A DNA stretch of 64,000 nucleotides from the NCBI GenBank assembly GCA_000165345.1, contig CM000435.1:160001-224000 (forward strand). Reading direction: 5' to 3'. Below the pieces are notes generated by a model. The model worked only from the letters and a program-made list of their open reading frames with translations, had not been told where the DNA came from and made no database searches. This document shows, one piece after another, positions 1 through 11,000 of the stretch (its first letter is position 1; each line of letters starts with the position of its first letter). Made by a program: the position numbers and the translations under genes.

Positions 1-118
1 TGAGAAGAAGTGAATAATAGAAACTTACTTTAATGAATATATTGGATTTAAACTTTTTGCTAATAAACTAAAATGATTAGATGATAAATTTATAGAATAT
101 TTGATAATTCAATATAAC

Positions 119-778
119 CTACCATTCATTTTTTGGGAAGATATATAAATAAAGTAAAGAAAGTATTCCTGAATATTTGATAAATATGTTAGATGTTTCA
201 AGTACATAAACTTTGGGATATTTCTCTCTTTTTGATCCTTGAATCCATTCTTTGACAGATTCATTTGTAGAAATGTGATTAATATGTCCAGAAATACCAA
301 ATTCATCAAACGTTAATATCTGAAATTAACAAATATAAAAAGAATTTAGTTGAATATAAATATAAAAACTTACAATATCAATATTAAATTCATCAACAAA
401 AGACTCAATCTCACTAATTACATCAGTATAAGGCCATTTTTCATTTGGTTGATCTTGAAATTTATCATTTGATACCACCCTAATTCTGTCTCTGAGTATA
501 CCTAATGCATTACAGGCCTCCAATAATTCCTTCTCTCTAAGTTTACCCAAACCATAGTAATCTCCTAAATTTAATTAATTAAAAAAGAAAGAAAGCAAAT
601 ATAGTTACTTTCTCATAAAAGAATTCAATTATATTTACTTACCATTTGTCAAACACAGTACATATACCTTATTACCTTCTCCACACACTTGCTTTATTAT
701 TGGAGTAAAAAACATGGCCTCATCATCAGGATGAGCTACAAGTACACAGACATTTTTCTGATTCTCAAAAATAGTCAT
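119..778 (-). CDS. PIGL: N-acetylglucosaminyl-phosphatidylinositol de-N-acetylase (PIG-L / LmbE family), 3 exons: join(643..778, 374..564, 119..319) on the minus strand
   Basis: Exon 1 translates to MTIFENQKNVCVLVAHPDDEAMFFTPIIKQVCGEGNKVYVLCLTN, containing the AHPDDE zinc motif of PIG-L/LmbE. GTAAGT donors at 642 and 373 and CAG/TAG acceptors at 565 and 320 restore frame to ...DYYGLGKLREKELLEACNALG... and then ILTFDEFGISGHINHISTNESVKEWIQ (the FDExGxSGHxNH motif). The 3' end at 119 is tentative; a further intron is possible. Confidence 0.6.
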
Positions 779-870
779 TTCTATGGATTAAAGTACGAAT
801 CTTGAATTAGGAAAATCACTCACTGTAGAAATTAATAAATCCTTAACTATAATTTAATTACAACAAAGTG

Positions 871-884
871 TGGCGCCGGCGCCA
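871..884. promoter_or_regulatory. Perfectly palindromic double E2F-like site TGGCGCCGGCGCCA, 93 bp upstream of the PIG-L start
   Basis: GC-only 14-mer in an AT-rich spacer. GGCGCC core matches the Cryptosporidium E2F/DP-like upstream motif family. Confidence 0.5.
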
Positions 885-1010
885 CCATCATATGTAAAAA
901 TCAAAAGATGACAATGGAGGTAAAAAGATGGAAAATCTTAAGAAAGAATTCTATTGAATAGAGGGAATTAGAGTGTACAATTAGATCATTTGGATAGATT
1001 TGATATACTA

Positions 1011-4000
1011 TTATAAAGCCTTAGATTTTGTTGTGAGTATCTCTCCTAAATCTTGGTCAAACTCTAGATCCAAGTCATTAAGATCAATATCAATTTCGTG
1101 GTTTTCAGTATAGTTATCAGAATTAGAGAGAGAATCAAGATCTTGGGTATTATCTGATTTAGAGAGAGCTTTCTTTGCTTGTTGAATAATTTCTTGGCAA
1201 ATAACAATTAAATTTAAATTAGATTCAGGAGGTTTATTAGAGAAAATTCCAAAATAATCATCTAATTTGCTTGCATTTTGGATAGCTCTTAATAATGTTT
1301 CTGTAGATGCTGTGGAAATATTCTCAATACAGTTTAGACCAGAAAAATAGAGAGAAATTGCTATATTAGGAGTAATATTATGGCTTAAGGAGATTATTGA
1401 ATTAACGTAATTCATGATCCTGGATATGTCTTGTTGGTCTAAATAGTGATAATTTTGTAATGCTTTACTTCCAATAATAGAATGATTAGTGTTAGAATAG
1501 GTGGTTTGGTATTGATTTTGCTCCTGAGTGATTTTATACAAATACTTGATATTTCGAATGGAAACACTAGATTTTAAATGATTATTGATATTAAGAATGA
1601 TTTCTGCTAATTCAAGCCAGCCAATAGACTTGCATAAGTTGGAGACAACATTAATAGATTGATTGAAAGAGTTAATAATGAGTCTAATAGTGGTAGACTC
1701 TAAGGAATATTTTGCCATAATGAGCTCAAAAGTTATCATTGGATTACATAGATCCTTAAGAAAGCAAGCATAATAGAATCTGTAAATGGAGATAAGTCTG
1801 TATTTTTCAATCATACCCTTGAAGTTGAGAGTCTCTGAGTAAAAATAAGAAAGTTGAATACTGATAGGAGAAAGCTTATTTAGCTCAGGGATCAAGTTTG
1901 GATTTGAAGTTACTGTTCGAGAAATTTCACTAATTACCTTAAAGTTAATTCCATTAAAATCAGCAATTTCCATTTCTCCTGGTGTTAATTCACTAAAGAT
2001 TTGAAGATAATTATTCCAATTTACTTTAAAATGTGATCCATTATAAGCCAATAATCCAAGTATAAATATTTGAAGGTTATTTGAAAGATCTATACCAATT
2101 AATTTAGACTTAATCAAATCACTATATACTTCCAATATAATACAAGGATGTAACTGTAATTTTATTATTGAGTTTGCCAAGCAAGTTCCAAAAATCTGAT
2201 AATCGCTAATAAAAGATCCCCCAATACTATTAAAGAATGATAATAAGTACTTTTTTCCAGATCCTAACTTTGTAAGAAAATCATTTTGTCTTAAAATAAT
2301 GTTTAAAATAGATTTATTTAGTTTGTCTCTAGTTTTTAAGCCAATTAATGCATATTTTGAAGATATTATTGGTGATTTGAGATGTTCAAACTTATCTTGA
2401 AACTGATGTACATATTTATCAGAAAGTGAGATTTCGTTAATATTATAATTATCTTTTCCTGAGTCAAATGAAACCAACTGATTCATTACCATAAATGAAA
2501 GGGATAAAAGTATATCCTTATTTAATCCTTGCTCTTGGGAATTCTGTAAAAGTTTTTGGTGATCTTTCGAAAATGTATCCAAAACTGAATGAGATTTTAA
2601 AGCTTCTAAATTTCCTCTAAAAGTGAGCTTAGAAATCAATAATTCTAAACCTCGAAGATCCCTCACCAAATCTGTCTGGATTAACTCTAATATTAGTCTA
2701 AACAAATTTAATTCTGATAAATAGGATTTGAACTCTAAGCTCTGAAAATCGCTTTCATTCAACATATCATTCAAATACTTGAATTCTAAATCATTACCTG
2801 TAAAAATAAAAATTCCTCTTTTAAAGCCTTTGGTTCCCGCCAAATTCAAAGTGCATGTATTAGAGGATGCATGCATTTCAGATTTGGCGGTAATGTCAGT
2901 TTTGCAATGGGAAATTCTATTGAAAAACTGCTTAAGAGTATTTTTTGAAATCCATTCCCTGTTTCCAGTTTTGTTTTTTGTTAAATTGTTAATTTTTCCA
3001 AGCCCAATAGATCTAATAATTATTCGGTCAGCTTTGATTTCTGAATCCATCATATGCAAAGAAGTACAGAAAAGAACTTTTAAATGATTATTTTTGAAAG
3101 CATCTTCAATTAATTTTCTTTCTTTAAAAGATAGTTTTGAGTTGTGAATTGCAATTCCATAGTTCAAGATTCCATCAAGTAATAAGAAATCATTTTCTAA
3201 ATGAAATCCATCTTTTGTCACTCTTTTCAGATTTTCAATCATTTCAATTCTATAAGGTTTATCTTGGCTAATTTGGGATAAAAAAGATCCAAATTTATCG
3301 TTTATTAGATTTTTTTGTGTAGAAGTGATATTGTTTTCCTTGTTTAAAAGAATTTCAGAAATCTCCATTGAAATTATTTGGAGTGATTTTCTGCACCATT
3401 CAATTGTTGGACAGAAAATTAGAGCCTTTTTATTATTCATTAAAGATTCCAAGATTAAATCTGAAAAGTACTTCAAATCACTAATAGCAGTTTGTTGAAA
3501 GATGTTATTGTTCTTATCATTCTTAAAAATTTCAATGATTTCAAATATTTCGTTTTCATTTAATGATTGATTATTGTACTTTAACTTATCCCAGAAATAT
3601 AAACTATTACCTCTTTTAATATAAACATCAGGTTCACATTCTTTCTCATACTTGTGATTTTCAAAGATTCTACCAACTTTGAGTACATTCTTATATATAT
3701 CCAAATTAGGAATTCCCCCATTTGAAACATATAAACAGGTTAATGGTCCATTTTTTCCCTTGTAATTATTATTCTTTATATAATAATCACTCACCAAATT
3801 TACGTAAGAAATTTTTGTGAGAATATTCTCCAATAGATGACCCCTCTCTGGATCTTCAATAAAGTTTATATCATCAACAATAACAGTTTTAATACACTCA
3901 TTAAGCATATTGTCTGAAATAAGACGATTTATGAGCGAATTAGCCTTTTCCAATGTGCATATGGTCAAGTCTATATTTGGAAACCAACTTGTGTTGATAG

Positions 4001-4730
4001 TTCTTGAGCTTTGCCCAAAAAGTTCAATCCTTAGATTTAATGAATTATTACCAAACAAGCATTTGCATCTCTGGTAATAAGCATCACATTTCTGTGGGTT
4101 TGGAAAAATTGCTAGTATATTCCCTCCAGAATATAATAAGCTACTTAATGCAACAATTTCACAAATTGTTTGATTCTCGTTCACATTTGGAGAAATAATC
4201 AAGTATGGAGATAAATCCTGGAAGGAATTGGTAGCGAGCATATAATTCTGTTGTTCAATTGAAAGATCTTCTTGAAACACCATATAATTTAAAATATATG
4301 ATAATGTATTCACTTGCCAGTCTGATAATCGGTTTAAATTATAATTCATGTAATACTGATGTTTAACTGAATTTGGAATATACCAGTAGCTCAAACTATG
4401 AATATCACGGCCTTTCAAATCAGAAAAAGGTTTTAAATCCATTATATCGTTCAAACTTGAATTGTACCCCCTCTGAGAAACCCCCTTTTCTTCTAAAATT
4501 GAAAGTTCTCTTTTTGCCACTCCAAAGCATTCTGGTTCCATAACTGAATCACCAGAAACTGAAACAAAACATTTTTTCGATTCGCCTTTTTCTCCAAACA
4601 CTTTTCTCCAAATACCTAATCTTCTTTTGGGAGATATTATCAACAAATTATTTAAATATGTATAAAATTTTGAGACCGTTATCAATGTCTTTGCATTATT
4701 ATTAATTACCTTTGATCTCTCGTTCTGCAT
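1011..4730 (-). CDS. HEL308/POLQ-type (Ski2-like) helicase homologue with degenerate ATPase motifs, 1239 aa
   Basis: ...LSSLLYSGGNILAIFP... aligns to the POLQ/HEL308 Walker A region (LIYSLPTSGGKTLVAEIL) with K->N and T->I. VIVDDINFIEDPERGHLLENILTKI aligns to the DExH box region VVVDELHMIGDxxRGxLLExLLTKI (DELH->DDIN). LIFCPTIEWCRKSL and HLKVLFCTSLHMMDSEIKADRIIIRS match motifs IV-VI context, but no QxxGRAGR is present. Confidence 0.6.
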   Translation of the reverse strand: MQNERSKVINNNAKTLITVSKFYTYLNNLLIISPKRRLGIWRKVFGEKGESKKCFVSVSGDSVMEPECFGVAKRELSILEEKGVSQRGYNSSLNDIMDLKPFSDLKGRDIHSLSYWYIPNSVKHQYYMNYNLNRLSDWQVNTLSYILNYMVFQEDLSIEQQNYMLATNSFQDLSPYLIISPNVNENQTICEIVALSSLLYSGGNILAIFPNPQKCDAYYQRCKCLFGNNSLNLRIELFGQSSRTINTSWFPNIDLTICTLEKANSLINRLISDNMLNECIKTVIVDDINFIEDPERGHLLENILTKISYVNLVSDYYIKNNNYKGKNGPLTCLYVSNGGIPNLDIYKNVLKVGRIFENHKYEKECEPDVYIKRGNSLYFWDKLKYNNQSLNENEIFEIIEIFKNDKNNNIFQQTAISDLKYFSDLILESLMNNKKALIFCPTIEWCRKSLQIISMEISEILLNKENNITSTQKNLINDKFGSFLSQISQDKPYRIEMIENLKRVTKDGFHLENDFLLLDGILNYGIAIHNSKLSFKERKLIEDAFKNNHLKVLFCTSLHMMDSEIKADRIIIRSIGLGKINNLTKNKTGNREWISKNTLKQFFNRISHCKTDITAKSEMHASSNTCTLNLAGTKGFKRGIFIFTGNDLEFKYLNDMLNESDFQSLEFKSYLSELNLFRLILELIQTDLVRDLRGLELLISKLTFRGNLEALKSHSVLDTFSKDHQKLLQNSQEQGLNKDILLSLSFMVMNQLVSFDSGKDNYNINEISLSDKYVHQFQDKFEHLKSPIISSKYALIGLKTRDKLNKSILNIILRQNDFLTKLGSGKKYLLSFFNSIGGSFISDYQIFGTCLANSIIKLQLHPCIILEVYSDLIKSKLIGIDLSNNLQIFILGLLAYNGSHFKVNWNNYLQIFSELTPGEMEIADFNGINFKVISEISRTVTSNPNLIPELNKLSPISIQLSYFYSETLNFKGMIEKYRLISIYRFYYACFLKDLCNPMITFELIMAKYSLESTTIRLIINSFNQSINVVSNLCKSIGWLELAEIILNINNHLKSSVSIRNIKYLYKITQEQNQYQTTYSNTNHSIIGSKALQNYHYLDQQDISRIMNYVNSIISLSHNITPNIAISLYFSGLNCIENISTASTETLLRAIQNASKLDDYFGIFSNKPPESNLNLIVICQEIIQQAKKALSKSDNTQDLDSLSNSDNYTENHEIDIDLNDLDLEFDQDLGEILTTKSKAL

Positions 4731-4933
4731 GACAATTTTGCCAATCTAATGTATAGTATTTTTCTTATCTATATAACCTCAAGTTCTTTGCATCTCGTTA
4801 AATTAGTTTATAAAATTATTGAAAAAATAAAATATTTTTATTCATTTAATTTTAAGATCTTCTTAGTTTTCACCGATTTTTTCCTTTTTATGTTTTCAAT
4901 TTAAAAAAAAATAATAATAAATCCCAATATTTC

Positions 4934-4946
4934 TTTGGCCGGCAAA
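4934..4946. promoter_or_regulatory. Palindromic E2F-like variant TTTGGCCGGCAAA about 200 bp upstream of the helicase-like gene
   Basis: Sequence-level match to the TTTGGCGCCAAA family (one C/G swap, still palindromic). Confidence 0.35.
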
Positions 4947-5417
4947 TTATAAACCTGAATTATTCTTTGGTACCAAGAGGCAACATCTTTTATCTTCGAT
5001 TATGTTTAAAAATTGTTATTTATCAAAAAAAAAAAAGAATTATATAAACATTACTACATTATTCTTTCTTATTTTACAGTTAATTCAGAGATGTAATTGT
5101 GATTACTTTATCACCCTGCATGCAAATTTGCCTTACGTGTATTTACTAAAATACGAGCATAGCAACAAGAATGCAATGATGTAATTGCCAACACCCGCCA
5201 CCCCACACATTTAAATAAATTAATAATGATTAAATAAATCGACTAATAAATACTTTGTATAAAAAAGAATAAGAATTTAAAAAAAACAAACTAGTTCTAG
5301 TTTTAGTTTATTAAGTAATCCTTTGACTGCTCCCTCTGAGTTTAAAATCTAGGAACCACAATGCTGAAATCTTCCCATATCCAGAAAGTCAGCTTATCCA
5401 AGGTTGATCAATATAAC

Positions 5418-6512
5418 TTATACACGTATAACTTCACTTGAAATATATTGTAAGAAGAATGCACCCGTAATTAATGCTAAGAAAGATATTATAAACAAAT
5501 TTGTTGGAATTCTTTCTTGAACAGTCTTTGACGGTGCCTCATATAACTTCTCTGCTAAGTTTTCTTGCATTTTATTATCATCATTAGCCAACTCAGTTTT
5601 TTGACTAATATTTATTTGAGCTCCTTCAATCAGTCCTTTTTGTATAATTCTAACTTGTTTTAACTCACTTCCAAGCTTTTCCAAGCTTTTATCTTCCTCG
5701 CGTGCCAATAAATCAACTTGTTCACTCCAACGTCCCTTTGAAGTTGTCTTGAAATTAAGCTTTGGCCTTTCTTTAATTTCTAAACTTCTTGATTCTACTT
5801 CATAAGCTGAGTTTATTGGATTTTCATTCAAAACATTCTTCATCTCCTCTAATTGGGAACTTAATAGTGGATCTACTTTTTCATGTTCAGTTTTATGATT
5901 CTTTCTTCTGAAAAAGTCTGCTCTTCTATAAATAACACTTTTACATGATCTTCCTTCTGGTGAACTATTAACCTTTTTTGTTAAAATTATGAATGCATGA
6001 ATTACCTGATTACTATTACTCCCTGAAATTGTTATAATTCTTTCATTACATGCTTTCTCAGATGTTACAAAAATTGGAGAAATATTAATATGAGCACTAG
6101 TTGCTGTCCTTACGTGGCTAATAAACTCTCCTTTTATCCCTATTATACTTCCTATCACACTTCTTGGGACGGCAAGACGAATATTATATTCATAATTCTT
6201 TAAACCTTCTTGCCCATCATCCTTATTGTTCTTCAAAAGAAAATCTAAAACTTCCATTGTTTCATTCACATTCTTCTCATTTCCTTCTAAAGTTGCTACT
6301 CTATAATTTGTACCTGGAAAATATTTATTAGTACCAGAAACCAGGATAAAAACGTGATTTACCTGTTTAATCTTTTTCAATATTGAACCTGAGTTACTTA
6401 ATATCCTATTTGCAGCTTTATCACTAATCAACAGCTTCACAAAAATTATCTGTTCCTCGTCACTCTGCATATTTATGTAATTTGTTCTTTCCATATTTGA
6501 ACTGTTTACCAT
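5418..6512 (-). CDS. KH-domain RNA-binding protein (two KH domains) with a C-terminal hydrophobic transmembrane segment, 364 aa
   Basis: RLAVPRSVIGSIIGIKGEFISHVR is a classic KH core (VIGxxIGxxGxxI). An earlier IFVKLLISDKAANRILSNSGSILKKIKQ is KH-like. The protein ends with NLFIISFLALITGAFFLQYISSEVIRV (a ~20-residue hydrophobic tail). The E2F-like half-site TTTCCGCC at 6743-6750 lies upstream. Confidence 0.55.
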   Translation of the reverse strand: MVNSSNMERTNYINMQSDEEQIIFVKLLISDKAANRILSNSGSILKKIKQVNHVFILVSGTNKYFPGTNYRVATLEGNEKNVNETMEVLDFLLKNNKDDGQEGLKNYEYNIRLAVPRSVIGSIIGIKGEFISHVRTATSAHINISPIFVTSEKACNERIITISGSNSNQVIHAFIILTKKVNSSPEGRSCKSVIYRRADFFRRKNHKTEHEKVDPLLSSQLEEMKNVLNENPINSAYEVESRSLEIKERPKLNFKTTSKGRWSEQVDLLAREEDKSLEKLGSELKQVRIIQKGLIEGAQINISQKTELANDDNKMQENLAEKLYEAPSKTVQERIPTNLFIISFLALITGAFFLQYISSEVIRV

Positions 6513-7285
6513 TATATTAAACCTTAATTTTCACTTATTTAACTTTATTTACTCTAGAAGTTAGAACAAAATCTATGGATCTACTTTTTCTAGTATTTAT
6601 TACCTTTCACACAAATTTACTGACTATTTTCCCTCTATTTTTAGATAATGTGCATTGGGGTCTGATCTCTGTGTAAGCCTGCACACAGCGCTCATACATT
6701 TTTTTTTTAGATTTGTTTCGAGGTCCTCGTTTTTTCGTGTAATTTCCGCCGAAATTCTATATTTCCTACCATTATTTTAGAGATTCTTTAAAACTAAATT
6801 TCCTCACACTCAATTTCTTTTTACTATCAATTTTCTTTTTATTTTGGTACCTTTCAGCTCAATCCTACAACAAACCTAGTCTACTACCATTTTTTTTATC
6901 GCTAATATCGATTCTAACATTTATAATATTTAATAAGCCCAACATTAATTCTAGTACTTATTATTTTAAAAGCAAATTTTAAAGCATTAAACTTCTTCTT
7001 TTCTTTTTTTAAATATCCTCCATTATTACTATTACTCCTCCTCCCATATATGCACCCCCCTTGTTCTCTATTTCAAATACTCGTCTAAACCAACCTCGCA
7101 ATTTTATTCTCTATAATGATGCATGCACACACCACGTCTTGTCTACAAAATATGTGCATTTGTGAATAATTCAATTCAGAGAAAATAATAAATAAAGAAG
7201 ATATTGAAAGTTAGCAGTAATTAATTGGAATAAAACAATATATTAGTTAAATTTTTATTAAAAAAAAAAAAAAGAAAAAGATTGT

Positions 7286-7726
7286 TTAAAGTATGGAATC
7301 CTGATTAAAACTGTTAAGATTAGGAATTCTCTGATTTTCGTAGTTGTTAATGATCCAAAACAAAAATCTTTTCTTTAAAACATTTTCTATATTATATTCT
7401 TTTTCAGGTTTAAAAATATAATTATTTGATTTTTTCTCAGTTCCCACACACAAATTCTCAGAATCAACTTGGCGCCAATCCCCAAAATATTTTTTAGAAA
7501 TATTACGTGTCAAAATATTAAATTTTGTTTTTGTAATGTTGGATTGAGGGATACATTCTTGGTTGATGGATTTAATATTCTTAAGTATATCATCAATTTC
7601 TATGTGTTCGTGGAAGTTGTTCGGAATTAAATCTAGGAATTGCTTGTAAACTTCAAGATATTTATCGAGTGTATTTTGTTGAATACCGGTAAAATCTTCA
7701 TTTAAAATCATGCATGAAATATCCAT
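7286..7726 (-). CDS. Hypothetical protein, 146 aa
   Basis: An uninterrupted 146-codon ORF is unlikely by chance in ~75% AT DNA. No recognisable domain. A TTGGCGCCAA site lies inside it (7469-7478), so its coding status is uncertain. Confidence 0.3.
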   Translation of the reverse strand: MDISCMILNEDFTGIQQNTLDKYLEVYKQFLDLIPNNFHEHIEIDDILKNIKSINQECIPQSNITKTKFNILTRNISKKYFGDWRQVDSENLCVGTEKKSNNYIFKPEKEYNIENVLKKRFLFWIINNYENQRIPNLNSFNQDSIL

Positions 7727-8066
7727 TATTAATATATTTTATAATTAGTTTTCGGTTTCCTAAAATTTAGAATTAAAATTGGTGATAACTAAATTTGATC
7801 TTTGTACTATTAAAAAAAAAGAATCAAATTAATTGCTCATCTGTATAATGAGCAAAGTAGATATTAACTGTTTATTTATGGCTTCAAATTTGATTTTTCA
7901 TTAAAATATTATTATTCAGTGATTTCTAATGTTTTTCAAATCGAATATTATATTTCGGAATTACCGCTATAACATTTTTCTATTCAATTATTATTAGGCA
8001 AATATAGAAATAAAAGAGAGGGGGATTAAAGAAAAGAAAATAATATATATAATTATAGAGTTCTAT

Positions 8067-11000
8067 TTAACTATTAATGTAGTAAAGAATATGAGAATTC
8101 TCTGTACTAAAAATGTTCTTATTTCCTGAAATATAATTCTTTAGAGATTTATAAACTGTAAAGTATTGCGAAACTTTCTCCTCAAGACAGTTGGATTTCC
8201 AATTATTAACAAACTCTAATATAACATTTCTCTGATTATCACTTTGATCCTGGTTTTCAGATATCTTAGGAGAAAATGAACTCGGTCTTTTAGGAGGATC
8301 TCTAAAGGAGTCTGTTTTTGAAAGCAGGTCTGATAATACTAGACAGATCTGACAAACTAAGCAAGTTATAAAATATATAAATCCTTTTTCACTTAAGCTT
8401 AAATTGTTAAGTAATTTCCCATTGTAGTATTTCTGGACAACTATCCATTTATCATCATAATTATAATCTTCATAACTTACTTCACTTCCATAGCTTTTGC
8501 TCTTTGTAATTGTTTTTAAATCAAATCTTCTAAATAGCATGACCAAATACTCTTGTATTACCTGAATTGTGCTATAAACTCTACTAATATTCCTCTCAAT
8601 ATCCCAAATCAACTTTTGAAGCTCCTCTGAAAATGAATCATATAGGTACCCTTGAGAGAATTTAATGTATAAATTATAGTCTGTTGTATACTTTCTACAC
8701 CAAATATAAAGAGCAATTCTTCCAACAAAATTCTTTAAATTAATAAATCTTTTTGAAATTGTCTCCAATAAAACTATTATCTGGAAAAGCTTTATAAATT
8801 CCTCCTCTCCTTGCTCTTTTCCAATCTTTTGTATATCAAAAGTACTAAAAACCTCACTAATATTGATTTGTTTTTTAAAGTATTTACTCAAATCTAAATC
8901 CAATCCAAATACTAACTTGATCAAATTCTCATACTGTAAACAACCGTTCACAGAAATATAGTTATTCAACTGCTTTGTATAAGCAGTATGATAGTTTTCT
9001 CTCAATTTTAAATTTTCGATACCTCTTTCTTCTGATACAAGATCACACTGACTTGTTAAGATGAATTTCTTTTTTTTAACTTTGTCTTGAATTAATTCTT
9101 TTAGAGACTCAAACTCTTCTTGAATAGATATTCCTATATTATATTCATTTCTTTGATAGCTTTTATCTGCAAGAAGTCCTCCAATCTCAAAAGCTAAATC
9201 TATATATTCATTTATATTAAATTCAAGTCCAATGATATTTTCAAAAGCTTGATCTAAACTTTTAAAGTAAATCTCATAAACTTTATTAAAATCTAGTTGG
9301 TTTTTCTTTAAATACTCCATTATTGCTATTTGTGTAATTTTTTTTATATTTTCTGTTTCTTGAAAATTTTTTATCGGTACTGGTACACGTGGCAATTCTG
9401 CATCATGATCATGATCATGAACATCAAGTTCTGACTCCGAATTCAGATCAATATAGATTTTATTATTAAATTTAAAATCTTGCGTAAATACATTAATATC
9501 TGAAAAAAACATTGAGAGATCTTGTTTTTCAAGTGGAATAGTTTTTGCTAAAGCCATGTTTCCATGATTTCTGCCTGTTACTTGGAAAGTTTTATTAAAA
9601 GAGATTCTTTTAATCATTAAAATTCTAAGTAATACTGGTACAACAAGTCTCAAAATGGATTTATTCAAGGATAAATTTGCTTTCAATTTAAGCTCTAAAT
9701 TGTTACTTTCCTTATTTGATGTAATATAATCCAATTTATCTTTGAAAATACCCCTTTGTAAGTTTTTATAGATCACGCTCAAAATATGACCACTACTATA
9801 GATACCTTTATCTATTCTATTATTTATATCTTTTCGGCCATCAATATTTATAAAGTAATTATTTGAAATGATATAATAAGGATTTATTTGGAATTGCCAT
9901 AAATAAGTATAAATATAGCTCAAGAGGGAGTATCCATGAGGAATCTTCCAGGTTCTAGTCTCTTCTCTTCCTGAATATGATCTTAATTTGAAGATACTAA
10001 CCAGAATTTCAAAAGATGGAGAAAATTCATCTAATAAAGCAATGAGGTTCAGATAGCTACTGGTTTTAGTAGAGCTTAGATTAGAAATATGATCATTTCC
10101 ATAATTAAACTTAGAAAAACATAGTTCAATATCTCCAAAATACATATGCAAGAGCTCAAAAATAACTTTCCCTAGGATTTTAATGGATACCATACTTTCT
10201 TCTATAGATATCTGATTACATTTTAAATATTCATTCTTTGTTATTGATTCTAATTTTTGTTGATCATTCATCATATCTCCAAGCATAATCAACAATTCTG
10301 CTAAGCTTCTCAAATAGTGTACTTTTGTTCCAAATAAACAAATCATTGAGACAAGATCTTGAGACAGAAATATTTGTTCGTCTCGACAACTTTTAGTATT
10401 CATAAAGTCACTCTGAGGACCTAAAATGTCATTTTTCTTTATATTTGTACCAGTTCTTGTATATATAAATTTATCCCCTTGATAATAATTGTTCATCCAA
10501 GGAGAAAGTTCTCCAAATTCTTCCACTAGTTCAAGGGAAATATTGTATTCATCTATAAATATGGTATAGCATTCTAAAAGCTCTGTTTTCTTGTATTCTC
10601 TGACTCTATGGTATTTTGGATAGAGAGAAAATTCTTCTGAATCCAATCCTTGAAACAACTTCATTAATGAATCTAATTTGACCCAAATATAGCCATCTGT
10701 ACTACTGATTTCATTATTTGGACTAACAATAGTGCAGTTTTTAATCCTTTCTGTAGTAAGGACACTTAATATGGATTCATTAAAGATTTTATTGGTCTTA
10801 TTTAGGCTCAGATATTGCTGATCCCATGAAAATCCCAAGTACTTGTTATTATATTGTATTTGCCTTCTTCCAGAGACTCTTCTTAGTAAGTTTGGAAGTT
10901 TGACTTTTGAAAGGTTGCAAATTCTGTAATTCTCATCTTCAGCTTCGTCTTTCTTCTCCTTAATTGACTTGGATAGTCCATCAAAATAGTTAAATGAAGA

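Noticed and set aside
109-309. 66-aa ORF listed as an independent minus-strand gene
   Set aside because: It is an out-of-frame reading of the third PIG-L exon. The correct frame (ILTFDEFGISGHINH…) is entered via the intron acceptor at 320.
2779-3087. Short plus-strand ORFs nested antisense inside long minus-strand genes (also 4004..4198, 11323..11646, 13488..14249, 16418..17136, 20025..21023, 31823..32932 and others)
   Set aside because: All are fully contained in much longer, domain-supported ORFs on the opposite strand and show no motif. They are typical antisense noise.
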